From positions 256,001 to 320,000 of the forward strand of contig CAVPZX010000002.1 of assembly GCA_963710375.1 (NCBI GenBank): a DNA stretch of 64,000 nt. Direction: 5' to 3'. The position numbers and the translations under genes were made by a program. This DNA is from Nitrospirota bacterium (GTDB lineage Bacteria > Nitrospirota > Thermodesulfovibrionia > Thermodesulfovibrionales > Dissulfurispiraceae). Below, in pieces: positions 8,244 to 18,814 of the stretch; the stretch's first letter is position 1; the number at the start of each line of letters is the position of its first letter. Under the pieces are notes generated by a model that worked only from the letters and a program-made list of their open reading frames with translations, did no database searches and had not been told where the DNA came from.

Positions 8244-9302
8244 TCACTTGCAAGTGTCTGTACGAGTTGCAAACATTTTCGACATTGCCCCTTTTTCTAT
8301 GAGTGACTGTGATGGCGATTTTTGGCCAAGACTTTTGTGTGGTCGAATGCAGTTATAGAAGACAAGATACTCAGCCAATCGCATTCTAAAAAGTTTGATG
8401 TCATGTATTGAGTCGAGGTTTTGAGCGACGAACTCATCTTTAATTGTTCTGTTGTATCGTTCAATGAAACTATTTATCTTAGGGCAACGAGGATAACTAA
8501 AGAGATGCGGTATTTTGTGTTTTTGGAGTTCCTTATCAAAGTCACCGAGGAATTCAGAGCCGTTATCACTTTGCACAGACAGCACTGGGAGCGGGCAAAC
8601 AAGCATAAGGCGTTTCAGGAAGTCTGTTGCCGAGCGGCTTGAAAGCGAGCCGTAGCAACCAGTCAGGGCAAACTTAGTCACAACATCTATTGCTGAAATC
8701 AGGTACCGGGTAACACCGGCATCGTGAACAACTGAACTATCGGCCAGAAGGTAACCTGGTTCAAGGGGTTTGGGTGATTTTTTTACACGTTGTCTTTTGC
8801 ATTTCTCAGGCTGTTTTCTGTCGGGGTTGTGGTACACTCTGCCTGGGCTGCCCTGGGAAAAGAACTTGTATCTCTTGATGATCTTGCCTATTTTAGACTC
8901 AGAGATAGTAGTAATGCCCATTTCTTTGCAATATGCATCCAGCAAAGGTTTAAGTTTCTCTTTGCCGATTCTTCCGTACTTGCGTCTGTAGGCACGAATG
9001 AACTCTACGATACGCTGATCAACAGACATGGTCCTTACGTTATAGGGTTTTGTACTGACAGGCACAAGAGCTTCCAGCCTTCCTCCAGACTGCATGAGCT
9101 TTTTCTTCCAGGTATAAATCACCTTGCGATCTGCTCCAAAAGCTTCTTTAGTGGCTGCCTCACCATATTGATCGTAGAACTGAATGATCTTATGTCGCTG
9201 TTTTGCCACTTCGTTTTTATCAAACCTCTGAAGACCCCTGAGCATATCCTGTAGCCTCCTCCAGCCACGTATCCAGCTCGAAGATAGGATATGCCCGTGC
9301 AT
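8244..9302 (-). CDS. DDE (rve integrase core) transposase
   Basis: N-terminal HTH, SVQSDNGSEF, IERYNRTIKDEF, YNCIRPHKSL; stop lies just outside the IR. Confidence 0.9.
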   Translation of the reverse strand: MHGHILSSSWIRGWRRLQDMLRGLQRFDKNEVAKQRHKIIQFYDQYGEAATKEAFGADRKVIYTWKKKLMQSGGRLEALVPVSTKPYNVRTMSVDQRIVEFIRAYRRKYGRIGKEKLKPLLDAYCKEMGITTISESKIGKIIKRYKFFSQGSPGRVYHNPDRKQPEKCKRQRVKKSPKPLEPGYLLADSSVVHDAGVTRYLISAIDVVTKFALTGCYGSLSSRSATDFLKRLMLVCPLPVLSVQSDNGSEFLGDFDKELQKHKIPHLFSYPRCPKINSFIERYNRTIKDEFVAQNLDSIHDIKLFRMRLAEYLVFYNCIRPHKSLGQKSPSQSLIEKGAMSKMFATRTDTCK

Positions 9303-9349
9303 AATGATCCATCAAACGTCAATGTCGAAAATGTATCGTAACTTTTTTA
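8259..9349 (-). mobile_element. Insertion sequence, IS481-like
   Basis: Imperfect terminal IRs sharing core ACATTTTCGACATTG / CAATGTCGAAAATGT; flanked by direct repeat GTGTC at 8254-8258 and 9350-9354. Confidence 0.8.
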
Positions 9350-9621
9350 GTGTCTGTCGCTCGCCAATGCCCTTCCTGACTTCTTTATAACATAATCTGT
9401 AGGTAGGTGTGAGAAAGTGGTAACAACTTCGGCCAATCGTTTTAGCGCAAGATTGGCTGTGCTCCTTGCTTGCCGTTTTTTCCGATGGTGTTTTATTCCG
9501 GGTGTACTGTTGATAAAGTTTTATTCTTCTGAAATTACTGATAGCGGGGGTCAACGCATAAAATTTGCCTCATATATAATGCGTCATTGTTTTATGACAG
9601 TTAATAGCTACTATTCAATAA

Positions 9622-9672
9622 AAAAAACCCGGCACCCGGGCACTCAAGTCGTTTGAGTGCCCGATGCCGGCC
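9622..9672 (-). terminator. Rho-independent terminator after hppA
   Basis: CCGGCA-CCCGGGCACTCAA...TTGAGTGCCCGA-TGCCGG stem with an A-run (U-tract on minus). Confidence 0.75.
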
Positions 9673-9692
9673 TTTGGAGCAAAAATATACGA

Positions 9693-11771
9693 CTACTTAA
9701 GCAAAGGCACGATCAGCAGTGCCACTATGTTGATAACCTTGATCATCGGGTTGATCGCCGGACCGGCTGTATCCTTGTATGGATCGCCTACAGTGTCACC
9801 AGTGACAGAGGCTTTGTGTCCGTCGCTCCCCTTCTTATGAACTACGCCCTTGTCGTCGGTAACGCCATTTTCAAAAGACTTTTTGGCGTTGTCCCAGGCT
9901 CCGCCGCCGCTTGTCATGGCAATAGCCTGGAAGAGTCCGGTCAGGATACTTCCGATAAGAACACCACCGAGAGCTTCCTTGCCAAGGAGAAGACCTACAA
10001 CAATCGGAACAACAACAGGAATAAGTGCAGGTACCATCATCTGTTTTATAGCGCCTTTTGTGACGATGTCAACACACTTTCCGTATTCCGGCTTCGCCTT
10101 GTATTCCATAATGCCGGGGATCTCCCTGAACTGCCTTCTCACCTCTTCAACAATACTGCCCGCTGCCTTTCCAACTGCTTCCATAAGGAGTGAGCCGTAG
10201 TAATAAGGAAGAAGTCCGCCGATAAAAAGACCGGCCAGGACCATCGGGTTTGAAAGGTCAAAATAAAGCTGTGTACTAAAGGACCTCGAATACTCCGCAA
10301 AGAGGACCAGGGCTGCAAGAGCTGCTGAGCCGATAGCATAACCCTTTGTAACAGCCTTTGTTGTGTTTCCGACTGCATCCAATGGATCTGTGATGTTACG
10401 GATCTCTTCAGGCAGTCCTGCCATTTCAGCTATACCGCCTGCATTGTCAGTTATCGGTCCATACGAGTCAATCGCAACAACAATCCCTGTCATTGAAAGC
10501 ATCGAAACCGCTGACAGGGCTATAGCAAAAAGACCGCCCGCTGCGTCCCCATTAAATCCACCGCCCAACGAATACGCGCCAAGGATTGAAGCGACGATAA
10601 CGACAACAGGAGCACCTGTGGACTTCATGCTGACTGCTAATCCTGCGATTACGTTAGTGCCGTGGCCGGTCAGACTGGCTTTGGCAATATGTTTTACAGG
10701 TGGATATTCCGAGGAAGTAAAATACTCGGTTATAGCCACAATCAGGCCTGTCAATGCAAGGCCGATAAGCGCCATAAGAAAAACATTCATCTGCGTAAAT
10801 GACGGATGAGCCATCAGTGAAGCCTGAACTGATGCTCCTTTCAGGAACTGGCCTGTCACAAGATAAAATGTTACTGCCGCAAGAATGCCTGCAACAGCAA
10901 GCCCCTTATACAGGGCGCCCATGATATACTGGCTTTTACCGAGCCTCACTGCAAATGTTCCGATAATGGAAGCGATAATCGATATTCCGCCGAGGAGCAA
11001 TGGGAATTCAACCCATGGGCTTTCAACGCCAAAAACCGTCTTGGCAAGGAGCATTGCCGCAACGAGTGTAACCGTGTATGTTTCATAAAGGTCAGCAGCC
11101 ATTCCTGCACAGTCCCCGACGTTGTCGCCAACGTTGTCTGCGATAACAGCAGGGTTCCTGGGATCATCCTCGGGTATTCCTGCCTCGACCTTACCAACAA
11201 GGTCGGCGCCTACGTCAGCAGCCTTAGTGTAGATACCGCCTGCTATACGCGCAAACACGCTCATGAGCGAGCATCCGAACCCGAGACCAATGAGGGCACG
11301 AAATGCCATCTCAGGATCAGCCTGCTTCGCGGTATAATAAAAACACGAAAGTCCTATGATTCCGAGACCAACGACCATAACGCCTGTCACTGAGCCGCCC
11401 TTAAATGCAAGGCCGAGGGCAGCCTGAAGACCCTTGTGCGCCGCCTGTGTGGTGCGGACGTTTGCCCTGACAGTAACCCACATGCCGACAAAACCTGCGA
11501 GTGCTGAACCTACGGTGCCGATGACAAAACCAATAGCCGTCCATGTGCCAAACCCAAACGCTGCGATAAGTATAACGAGAATGACTGCAACCATCGCTAC
11601 AGTTTTATATTCGCGTGCAAGGAACGCATATGCTCCTTCTTTCACCGCATTAGAGATATCCTGCATCTTGGCACTTCCAGCATCCTGCTTCGATACCCAC
11701 ATTGCGGTCATAACAGCGTATATCACGCCTACGATTCCGCAACAAATGGCAAAAAGTATTGTTCCGCTCAT
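9693..11771 (-). CDS. hppA: Membrane-bound H+-translocating pyrophosphatase, K+-independent type
   Basis: [26 protein letters not shown] (Lys marks K+ independence), [10 protein letters not shown]. Confidence 0.95.
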   Translation of the reverse strand: MSGTILFAICCGIVGVIYAVMTAMWVSKQDAGSAKMQDISNAVKEGAYAFLAREYKTVAMVAVILVILIAAFGFGTWTAIGFVIGTVGSALAGFVGMWVTVRANVRTTQAAHKGLQAALGLAFKGGSVTGVMVVGLGIIGLSCFYYTAKQADPEMAFRALIGLGFGCSLMSVFARIAGGIYTKAADVGADLVGKVEAGIPEDDPRNPAVIADNVGDNVGDCAGMAADLYETYTVTLVAAMLLAKTVFGVESPWVEFPLLLGGISIIASIIGTFAVRLGKSQYIMGALYKGLAVAGILAAVTFYLVTGQFLKGASVQASLMAHPSFTQMNVFLMALIGLALTGLIVAITEYFTSSEYPPVKHIAKASLTGHGTNVIAGLAVSMKSTGAPVVVIVASILGAYSLGGGFNGDAAGGLFAIALSAVSMLSMTGIVVAIDSYGPITDNAGGIAEMAGLPEEIRNITDPLDAVGNTTKAVTKGYAIGSAALAALVLFAEYSRSFSTQLYFDLSNPMVLAGLFIGGLLPYYYGSLLMEAVGKAAGSIVEEVRRQFREIPGIMEYKAKPEYGKCVDIVTKGAIKQMMVPALIPVVVPIVVGLLLGKEALGGVLIGSILTGLFQAIAMTSGGGAWDNAKKSFENGVTDDKGVVHKKGSDGHKASVTGDTVGDPYKDTAGPAINPMIKVINIVALLIVPLLK

Positions 11772-11910
11772 TAACCCTCTCCTCCTTTTAAAATATCTTT
11801 ACAATTAAACCGTTGTTAAAATGAAGCCTTTCCGCTGATACGCTCTATGAATCTATCCGCATGGACTGGTACCCTGTCCGTTACTCAACTTTCACCTCCC
11901 TCTTCACAAG

Positions 11911-13059
11911 TTATTCCCTTCCGGCTTGCCGCGCGAAAACCATGGCCGCAGCCCTGTATACCATGTGTGCCATTTTCGAAAACGGCGCATAAGCAAAAAG
12001 AAAAAAGATAAAAACCAGGTGGATGAAGTATACAATGTAAGCGAGCGGGTCAACATCCGCAAGCCGCAAGACTTCCGATAAAATACCCGTGACCACAATC
12101 GTAAAGATGACCACGATAAAGAGCCAGTCAAAATAACTTCCGCCGCCTGCCTTTTCGGCATTCTTCATACGGTTAGCAGTAACGTACAGCATTCCGAGCA
12201 GCAGGGCAATCGCGCTTGCGTTGCCGACGATCTTCATCGGATCATATAGTGGATAGGGCGTTTCGCCAAAGTGAAAAAGAGACGTCGGCTGGATGCCGAA
12301 GATTTCATGCCCGTAAAGATACAGGACGCCCCATCCCGTCGTTATGGCAAGGCCTATAAACGCATAAAAAACCAGCATGTGCGCTGTCGAGCGGTCTTTT
12401 GTGACATTGCACTTCTGGAATCTCTCGTGGGACAATATATCGACGATCGTCGCTTTTAAGCTGTCCATTACACTGCCCTTCAACTGAGCACCGGCGCACA
12501 TATCCGTCCAGTAGTTTTTTATACCCATAAAAAAGGATATTACGGCAAATACGCTCGCCAGTATAAAAACAGTATCTATGTACGGTACCGGTATTAAATG
12601 AGAGTAAACGATCCCCCCGTCATCGCCTCTCGGGATGTTCGAAAAATGACCAAGCGCACCGATGATCCCGAGGAAAATAAGGACCGGCAGTGCAAACAGC
12701 AGGATAACATATTTCGGATCCGCAGTCATATTGGCCAATGCGCCGGGCACCGAATAATTCTTGATCGTCAGCTTCCTTATGGCGCCCAGCACCTCTCCGG
12801 GCTTTGCGCCCCTCGGGCAGTAGGCAGTGCAATCGCTGCACTGGTGGCAGAGCCAGACATCGGGGTTGCTTATCAGCTTGTCTTTCATTCCCCACTGCGC
12901 ATAAATCATCTCTTTCCTCGGGAAAGGTTTTTCATCGGGGGTGACATTGCATACGACAGTGCAAGTGGAGCACTGGTAGCATTTTTTCAACGACTCTCCC
13001 CCCGACGCAATAATATCTTTCACAAAATTTAAATCAGGCTTTATTAGTTGCTCCGGCAT
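11911..13059 (-). CDS. qmoC: Quinone-interacting membrane oxidoreductase subunit C
   Basis: Two CxxCxxCxxxC clusters followed by a membrane cytochrome b domain ending SKMAHMVYR. Confidence 0.93.
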   Translation of the reverse strand: MPEQLIKPDLNFVKDIIASGGESLKKCYQCSTCTVVCNVTPDEKPFPRKEMIYAQWGMKDKLISNPDVWLCHQCSDCTAYCPRGAKPGEVLGAIRKLTIKNYSVPGALANMTADPKYVILLFALPVLIFLGIIGALGHFSNIPRGDDGGIVYSHLIPVPYIDTVFILASVFAVISFFMGIKNYWTDMCAGAQLKGSVMDSLKATIVDILSHERFQKCNVTKDRSTAHMLVFYAFIGLAITTGWGVLYLYGHEIFGIQPTSLFHFGETPYPLYDPMKIVGNASAIALLLGMLYVTANRMKNAEKAGGGSYFDWLFIVVIFTIVVTGILSEVLRLADVDPLAYIVYFIHLVFIFFLFAYAPFSKMAHMVYRAAAMVFARQAGRE

Positions 13060-13070
13060 CCTTATACCTC

Positions 13071-15272
13071 CTACATTTTATACGGATTGGGACCAAATCC
13101 TTCCAATTTCTGAAGAAACTCATCCAATATTTGCGGTATCTTATGGTATTCCGAAATTGATACTTGCGTCATTTGGACCCTTCCAGACTCAAGCTTTAAT
13201 CTGTCCAGTGTTTCGGCGACCTTCGACAATCTGATTTTTGCCAGGTGGCTCCCCGTAGCCATATGACACTGGTAATCTTCGCCGTATTGACATCCCATAA
13301 GAAGCACGCCGTCGATACCCTTTGAAAGGGCATCCGCCACCCACACAAGGTTCATTGAACCTATGCACCTCAAAGGAACAACCCTCACGAATGGATTAAA
13401 TTGCAGGCGGTTGATTCCGGCCATATCCAGCGCCGGATAAGCGTCATTTTCACAGGCGAAAACTATGACTCTCGGCTTTTCGTCCTCTTCTCCTGGAACC
13501 TCTATATTCTTGACCATGTTCCCGATCATGTCAACCGAGTAGTTCTTGAAGCTGATAATCCTCTCAGGACAGGCGCCTAGGCAAACTGCACATCTTCTGC
13601 AGCGTGTCGGATTGTAAACCGGGTTTGCCTTCTCGTCTTCATTGATTGCGCCGAAGGGACATTCCTCTGTGCATCTCTTGCACTGCGTACATTTCTGCAT
13701 AAAAAAGTCGGCATAGGATATATCACCGACTCTCGGATGCACAGCCTCACCCCTCGATGTCAGCTCAATACACTGGATCGCTTTCAGGGCTGCACCGGCA
13801 GCATCTTCCTTGGCGGATGTTATATCCAGAGGCGCCCTGACAGTGCCGGCCGAATATACACCGGTTCGTCGGGTTTCATAAGGAAAACAGATAAAGTTTG
13901 AATCAGGATAACCGTGCGCAAGAGAAGGCAGCTCTCCTCCCTGCCTGTACCCGAGATTTAAGGTATTTGTTTCGATCATTACATAAGGGATAAACTCGTC
14001 CCCAGGTTTTACGCCGGGAGGCAGTATCTCTTCGCCTAATCCCGTGACCGGAACCATGCCTGTGGCAAGCACAACAAGGTCCGCTTCCACACTGATCTTT
14101 TCACCAACAAGAGTATTTTCCACACTGACTATCAGGTTCTGATTATCACCTTCCGTAATTCCTTTAACTTCTCCCTTGGTCAAGAACACCCCCGGATCAT
14201 TCTGCATGCTCTTATAGAAGTATTCATAATGACCGGGCGTTCTCATGTCTTTGTAGAATATAAAGACCTTTGCATCGGGGTCCTGGTTCCTCACATACTT
14301 TGCCTGTTTAAGAGATTCGACACAGCATGTTGCCGAACAGTACGGTAAATGATTCTCATCCCTCTGTCCGGCACACTGTATAAAGGCGACGCTCTTAGCG
14401 GGTTTCCCGTCCGAAGGACGAAGAATTGCTCCCTTCAGGGCCAGTCCTTCCATCATGTAATTAGTAATGACATTGGGATATTTACCAAAACCAAGATGGT
14501 CGATTTTTGTTGCATCATAGGGTACCGTACCGACAGCTTCAACTACAGCTCCCGCTCTGAGAGTCTCGGAATTACCGTTCTGTTTTACCGTAACACTATA
14601 AATGCCCGGAGCCCCGTCTATCTTTTCCACCTGCGCAGACGTAAATATTTTAACCTTCGGATTCTGCCGGACTTCTTTGATCAAATCACTGATCTCCGGC
14701 TCTTCCAGATTTTCGTAAGGAGGCTTCGTGGGCGCCTGTTTGTAAATATTGGCCATCCAGCCGCCGAGAGAATCGCTCTTTTCCACCAGAAAGACATCAT
14801 AACCTGCCTTGGCTGCCTGATTGGCAGCAGTAATTCCCGAGAGACCTCCGCCGACAACCAGCACATTTCTGCAGAGGTCCTCCACCTTATAAGGTTCAGG
14901 AGCCTCAATCTTGTTCATTTTCAAGATACCCATCCTGATGTAGTCTTCAGCCATCATCTGCGTATCTTCATCATTCGGTTTGTGCGTCCAGACAACCTGC
15001 TCCCTGAGATTGACCCTTTCCACAAGGGGGATACCCAGGTCAAAGGTGTCATAATGCACACGCGGGGAACAGGCAGCGATTATCACTGCGTTGACGCCTT
15101 CGGCAGCCATATCATTCTTAATGAAGTCCACCCCTTCCTTGAGACAAAGAGACGGATGTTCTTTGACAACAGGCGCCTTCATTTTTACGGCAACCTTCTT
15201 TAAACCCTCTATATCGAGTGCCTTGCCAATCTCGCAATCAGTGCAAATATAAACGCCTATCTTTTTATCCAT
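13071..15272 (-). CDS. qmoB: QmoB (HdrA-like FAD/Fe-S protein with MvhD domain)
   Basis: MDKKIGVYIC start at 15272, FICFPYETRRTG, CTQCKRCTEECP, C-terminal CENDAYPALD MvhD domain. Confidence 0.95.
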   Translation of the reverse strand: MDKKIGVYICTDCEIGKALDIEGLKKVAVKMKAPVVKEHPSLCLKEGVDFIKNDMAAEGVNAVIIAACSPRVHYDTFDLGIPLVERVNLREQVVWTHKPNDEDTQMMAEDYIRMGILKMNKIEAPEPYKVEDLCRNVLVVGGGLSGITAANQAAKAGYDVFLVEKSDSLGGWMANIYKQAPTKPPYENLEEPEISDLIKEVRQNPKVKIFTSAQVEKIDGAPGIYSVTVKQNGNSETLRAGAVVEAVGTVPYDATKIDHLGFGKYPNVITNYMMEGLALKGAILRPSDGKPAKSVAFIQCAGQRDENHLPYCSATCCVESLKQAKYVRNQDPDAKVFIFYKDMRTPGHYEYFYKSMQNDPGVFLTKGEVKGITEGDNQNLIVSVENTLVGEKISVEADLVVLATGMVPVTGLGEEILPPGVKPGDEFIPYVMIETNTLNLGYRQGGELPSLAHGYPDSNFICFPYETRRTGVYSAGTVRAPLDITSAKEDAAGAALKAIQCIELTSRGEAVHPRVGDISYADFFMQKCTQCKRCTEECPFGAINEDEKANPVYNPTRCRRCAVCLGACPERIISFKNYSVDMIGNMVKNIEVPGEEDEKPRVIVFACENDAYPALDMAGINRLQFNPFVRVVPLRCIGSMNLVWVADALSKGIDGVLLMGCQYGEDYQCHMATGSHLAKIRLSKVAETLDRLKLESGRVQMTQVSISEYHKIPQILDEFLQKLEGFGPNPYKM

Positions 15273-15276
15273 TGAT

Positions 15277-16539
15277 TTACCTCCCAGCCAATGATTGAAT
15301 AGCTTTGAGTGCTGCCGCTGTACTGTACTGCACGCTTGAATAAACATCAAGCGGTTTTAATGCGCAACCGGAAGCATACATCCCGCTCGCTCCAGTATTG
15401 GATGCAATAAAACCATCCGTATCGTATGCTATGTCTGCCGGGATTTTGCTGTTCCGTGTGTTTGGCGCCATTCCAGCGGCGAGCACAACGAGGTCGGCTT
15501 CTTCATGAAGCTTTTGATTGGAAAGCGTATCTTCAGCAGTCACAGTAAGATTCTTTGTTTCAGGGTCTTCCTTGATATCGGCAACCTTTCCCTTGATGAA
15601 TCTTATCTTCTCATCTTTTTGCGCCTTAAGATACATCTTCTCATATCGCCCCGGTGTCCGAATATCGATATAGAAAATAGTCACAAGGGCATCCGGATAC
15701 TGTTCACGAACATAGGAAGCCTGTTTTATTGAAGCAAGGCAGCAAACGTAAGAGCAGTATGGGAGATGGTTCTCATCGCGGGACCCGGCACATTGCACAA
15801 AGACAACCTTCGAGACCTCTTTCCCATCAGACGGTCGAACGATCTTGCCGTTAGTCGGACCGCTCTGAGCCGCCAACCTTTCCATCATCATATTGGTAAT
15901 AACATTTTGATACTTGCCGAACCCGATATTATCGATTTGGGAAGCATCATAAGGACTCCATCCGGTGGCCCAGACAATCGATCCCACCTTCAGGGAAAGA
16001 CTTTGGGTTGTCATATCAAGATCAATCGCATTGTATGTGCAGGCCTCTTTACACTTTGCACACCCGGCTTTTTTACAGTATTTATCATCAATCACATATC
16101 TCATCGGAAAGGAAAAATCATGGGGAAGATAAACAGCCTTTGTCTTATCCATTGCAAAGTTGAAATCATTCGGTCTTTCAAAAGGACAAACATCAACGCA
16201 TGCCCTGCAGGCAGTACAATTTTCGTTCACATATCTTGGATTAAGCTTTACCGTGACATCGAAATCTCCCTCTGAACCGGAAACCTTTTCGACTTCTGCC
16301 ATGGTATAAAATTTAATCCTCGGGTTGTTCTTAATTCTTCTGAAATTAATTTCCAGTCCGCAGTTGGGCGGGCACAACTTTGGGAAGTACTTGTTAAGCT
16401 GGGTTACCCTTCCGCCAAGATATGGGTTCTTCTCAACAATAATTACCTCATGCCCAACTTCTGCTGCTTCAAGGGCGGTAGATATCCCGCTGATACCCCC
16501 ACCTACAACCAGGATACTCTTGGTATTTTCTGCTGCCAT
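15277..16539 (-). CDS. qmoA: QmoA (HdrA-like flavoprotein)
   Basis: GGGISG, KYFPKLCPPNCGLE, QCAGSRDENHLPYCS. Confidence 0.95.
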   Translation of the reverse strand: MAAENTKSILVVGGGISGISTALEAAEVGHEVIIVEKNPYLGGRVTQLNKYFPKLCPPNCGLEINFRRIKNNPRIKFYTMAEVEKVSGSEGDFDVTVKLNPRYVNENCTACRACVDVCPFERPNDFNFAMDKTKAVYLPHDFSFPMRYVIDDKYCKKAGCAKCKEACTYNAIDLDMTTQSLSLKVGSIVWATGWSPYDASQIDNIGFGKYQNVITNMMMERLAAQSGPTNGKIVRPSDGKEVSKVVFVQCAGSRDENHLPYCSYVCCLASIKQASYVREQYPDALVTIFYIDIRTPGRYEKMYLKAQKDEKIRFIKGKVADIKEDPETKNLTVTAEDTLSNQKLHEEADLVVLAAGMAPNTRNSKIPADIAYDTDGFIASNTGASGMYASGCALKPLDVYSSVQYSTAAALKAIQSLAGR

Positions 16540-16610
16540 GCTGTTCCTCCGTGGACTTATGTAGTTAAATGACTAAGGCTAACAAAAAATAAAACATCAC
16601 ATACAATATA

Positions 16611-17126
16611 TCAATCACATTTCGAGGGACATTTGATTGCCTCAAATGCGAGAAAGATTCTCTTTTCTTTTTCGATCCTCTTTTCCTGAAGTTTCTTAAA
16701 CTCAATTTGTTTAACAGCTTCCAAGGACTTCTCCTTTGAGGGTATTGATTCCAACCCATTGCCGATAACCTCACCGGAAACAGTCTCAAGGACCTCTGCA
16801 TCCTCTCCATTGGTCACCACTGCAAATGGAATCTGATAATCATCGAGTATCCTTGCACAGGACACAACCTCTGTCTCCCTCGATACCAAAGAGCCGCGGG
16901 CACATCTCATAAGCATGAATCTTTTCCCTTCAACACTTACGATAAGATCCGTCTTCGGTCTATATACTTCTTCTTCAATAACAATTTCAAAGTCTCTGTC
17001 AACCTCGATATCCTGTCTTGAATATCCCTTCTTATCAATCAACAGACGTTCTATTTTCTGTCTTATCCTTTCATCATCGGTATCGGGAAATAACCGGCCG
17101 GTTATATAATCACAAATTTCCGACAT
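16611..17126 (-). CDS. Stand-alone type I restriction enzyme R N-terminal (HSDR_N-like) domain protein
   Basis: DDERIRQ..KGYSRQDIEV, DLIV, FAVVTNG; C-terminal CPSKC. Confidence 0.75.
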   Translation of the reverse strand: MSEICDYITGRLFPDTDDERIRQKIERLLIDKKGYSRQDIEVDRDFEIVIEEEVYRPKTDLIVSVEGKRFMLMRCARGSLVSRETEVVSCARILDDYQIPFAVVTNGEDAEVLETVSGEVIGNGLESIPSKEKSLEAVKQIEFKKLQEKRIEKEKRIFLAFEAIKCPSKCD

Positions 17127-17134
17127 TAGCTGTT

Positions 17135-17908
17135 TTATTTCTTATATTCTTCCTTAACCTTCAATGTGTTCTCAAGCATCAGGACATACTTCAGGTATTT
17201 GAACCCGAACTTCATCAACGCAATCTCGTCAGTCCCTATTTTTTCGACTTCTTCAGCATCAATAATATCGAGAAGACGGCTCTCAAAAACAAATTTTCTA
17301 AATCTGTCAAGATCATAACTGACCATATAAATCAGGGCCTGACTCTTCGGATCAAGTCTGTCTTGCCCCTGGGCGTCCCTTCTCAGCTGAATCTCCTTCC
17401 ATTCCCTGTTTATATCGTCATAAAGGTTAACCCCCTGATCAACCCTCCATGTTCCAATTGTCCACTCTTTTTCTTCGTTATAGCCCAGACATCCCGGTTC
17501 CCTGATAAAGAAAAAAAATTCCTCCTTTACATGGTCCGTCTCTTTTCCGCTTATCATTATACCCTGACCCACGGGATAGTATCGACAGGTGGAAGGCCTG
17601 TCTTCATAAATACTGCAACCCGAAGGTGCCACAAAAGGACACTTCCCTTCATTATCATCGATCATCTTGAGCATTGCATATGGATGTGAAGATTTTTCAT
17701 CGTAATGAGTATACGTGTATTTCTCAAGGAATTCTTCTGAAGAAATTCCCAGACTCTTCTTCATCCTTAAGATGTCATAAGGTGTCAAAATTATATCTAC
17801 GCGCGTACAGCATTTATTAAAACACCCGATATCTTTATGACACCTGAACTTGAATTTGGAATCCCGTGTGCGCTCAATCGGTTCTACAAACTGTGTGCCT
17901 GAAAACAT
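17135..17908 (-). CDS. YkgJ family cysteine-cluster (CxxCxxCC-type) protein
   Basis: CHKDIGCFNKCC, CPFV, CSIYEDRPSTCRYYP. Confidence 0.9.
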   Translation of the reverse strand: MFSGTQFVEPIERTRDSKFKFRCHKDIGCFNKCCTRVDIILTPYDILRMKKSLGISSEEFLEKYTYTHYDEKSSHPYAMLKMIDDNEGKCPFVAPSGCSIYEDRPSTCRYYPVGQGIMISGKETDHVKEEFFFFIREPGCLGYNEEKEWTIGTWRVDQGVNLYDDINREWKEIQLRRDAQGQDRLDPKSQALIYMVSYDLDRFRKFVFESRLLDIIDAEEVEKIGTDEIALMKFGFKYLKYVLMLENTLKVKEEYKK

Positions 17909-17943
17909 TGTCTATCCTTTCTGCCTCGATCTCACTTCAGTTC

Positions 17944-18729
17944 TTACCTCTTAACCCGCAAGAGCTTATCCATTTCCGCATCTTTGAGTTTCAGGACGCC
18001 TTCCGAAAACAAATTGAACCTCACCCATCTATAGCCGAAATTTAAAATTTCTTCCAGGTCTTCCTCGTCTTCTCTTATCTTTTGTACAACCTCCTCCTCT
18101 ACATCATATATATCAAAGAACTTTGTTTTAAAAAGGAATGTTCTGAAATCATCCAGGTCATAACAGGCCATATAAATCAGCTTTGCTTTTCCCTGATCAA
18201 GCTTATTGCCTTTCTGAAAATAATCATGGAAAGTAATTTGCCTGTATGATTCATTCATCATGTCATATATGTCAATACCCTGGTCTTTCTTCCATTCCTC
18301 GATTGTCCATTGTTTTCCCTCTTTTAATGCAAGGCATGAGGACTTTTCCTCTATTGAAAAACCATCTTCCTTCGGGGAAGCCGGGAATATCGGATACATC
18401 CTGCATGACCAGGGCCTGTCCCGGTATATCCCGCACCCATCAGGCGTAACAAAAGGGCAGTTCTTATTCTGATCCTCAAGCATCTTGAGCACCACCAAAG
18501 GTATCCCTTCATCTCCTAACAAAGCAACAGTATATCTTTTCAGGAACTCACCCGAAGATACTTCAAGTGACTCTCTCATCCTCAGGACGTCATAAGGTGT
18601 TAGAAAGATATTTACATCGCTGCAGCAGGTATTAAAACAGGAAAGACCTTTGTGGCATGAAAACTTGAATTTATCATCGACAGAAAGCCTTCGGTGCTTT
18701 TCGGCATATTCTTCATTCATAAACCACAT
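17944..18729 (-). CDS. YkgJ family cysteine-cluster protein, paralog of the neighbour
   Basis: CHKGLSCFNTCC, CPFV, CGIYRDRPWSCRMYP. Confidence 0.9.
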   Translation of the reverse strand: MWFMNEEYAEKHRRLSVDDKFKFSCHKGLSCFNTCCSDVNIFLTPYDVLRMRESLEVSSGEFLKRYTVALLGDEGIPLVVLKMLEDQNKNCPFVTPDGCGIYRDRPWSCRMYPIFPASPKEDGFSIEEKSSCLALKEGKQWTIEEWKKDQGIDIYDMMNESYRQITFHDYFQKGNKLDQGKAKLIYMACYDLDDFRTFLFKTKFFDIYDVEEEVVQKIREDEEDLEEILNFGYRWVRFNLFSEGVLKLKDAEMDKLLRVKR

Positions 18730-18750
18730 TCACTCCTTTTCTATCAGGCA

Positions 18751-18783
18751 GGGGGGCGACCTGAAAAAAGGTCGCTCCCCCCC
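18751..18783 (-). other. GC-rich hairpin between aprA and the YkgJ genes
   Basis: GGGGGGCGACC-TGAAAAAA-GGTCGCTCCCCCC; no clear U-tract on the minus strand. Confidence 0.55.
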
Positions 18784-18814
18784 ATAGATACAATACAGTA
18801 CCTATCAACTAAAA

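Noticed and set aside
16611..17126. Type I restriction-modification system
   Set aside because: Only a short N-terminal-like domain is present; no helicase, hsdM or hsdS in the window
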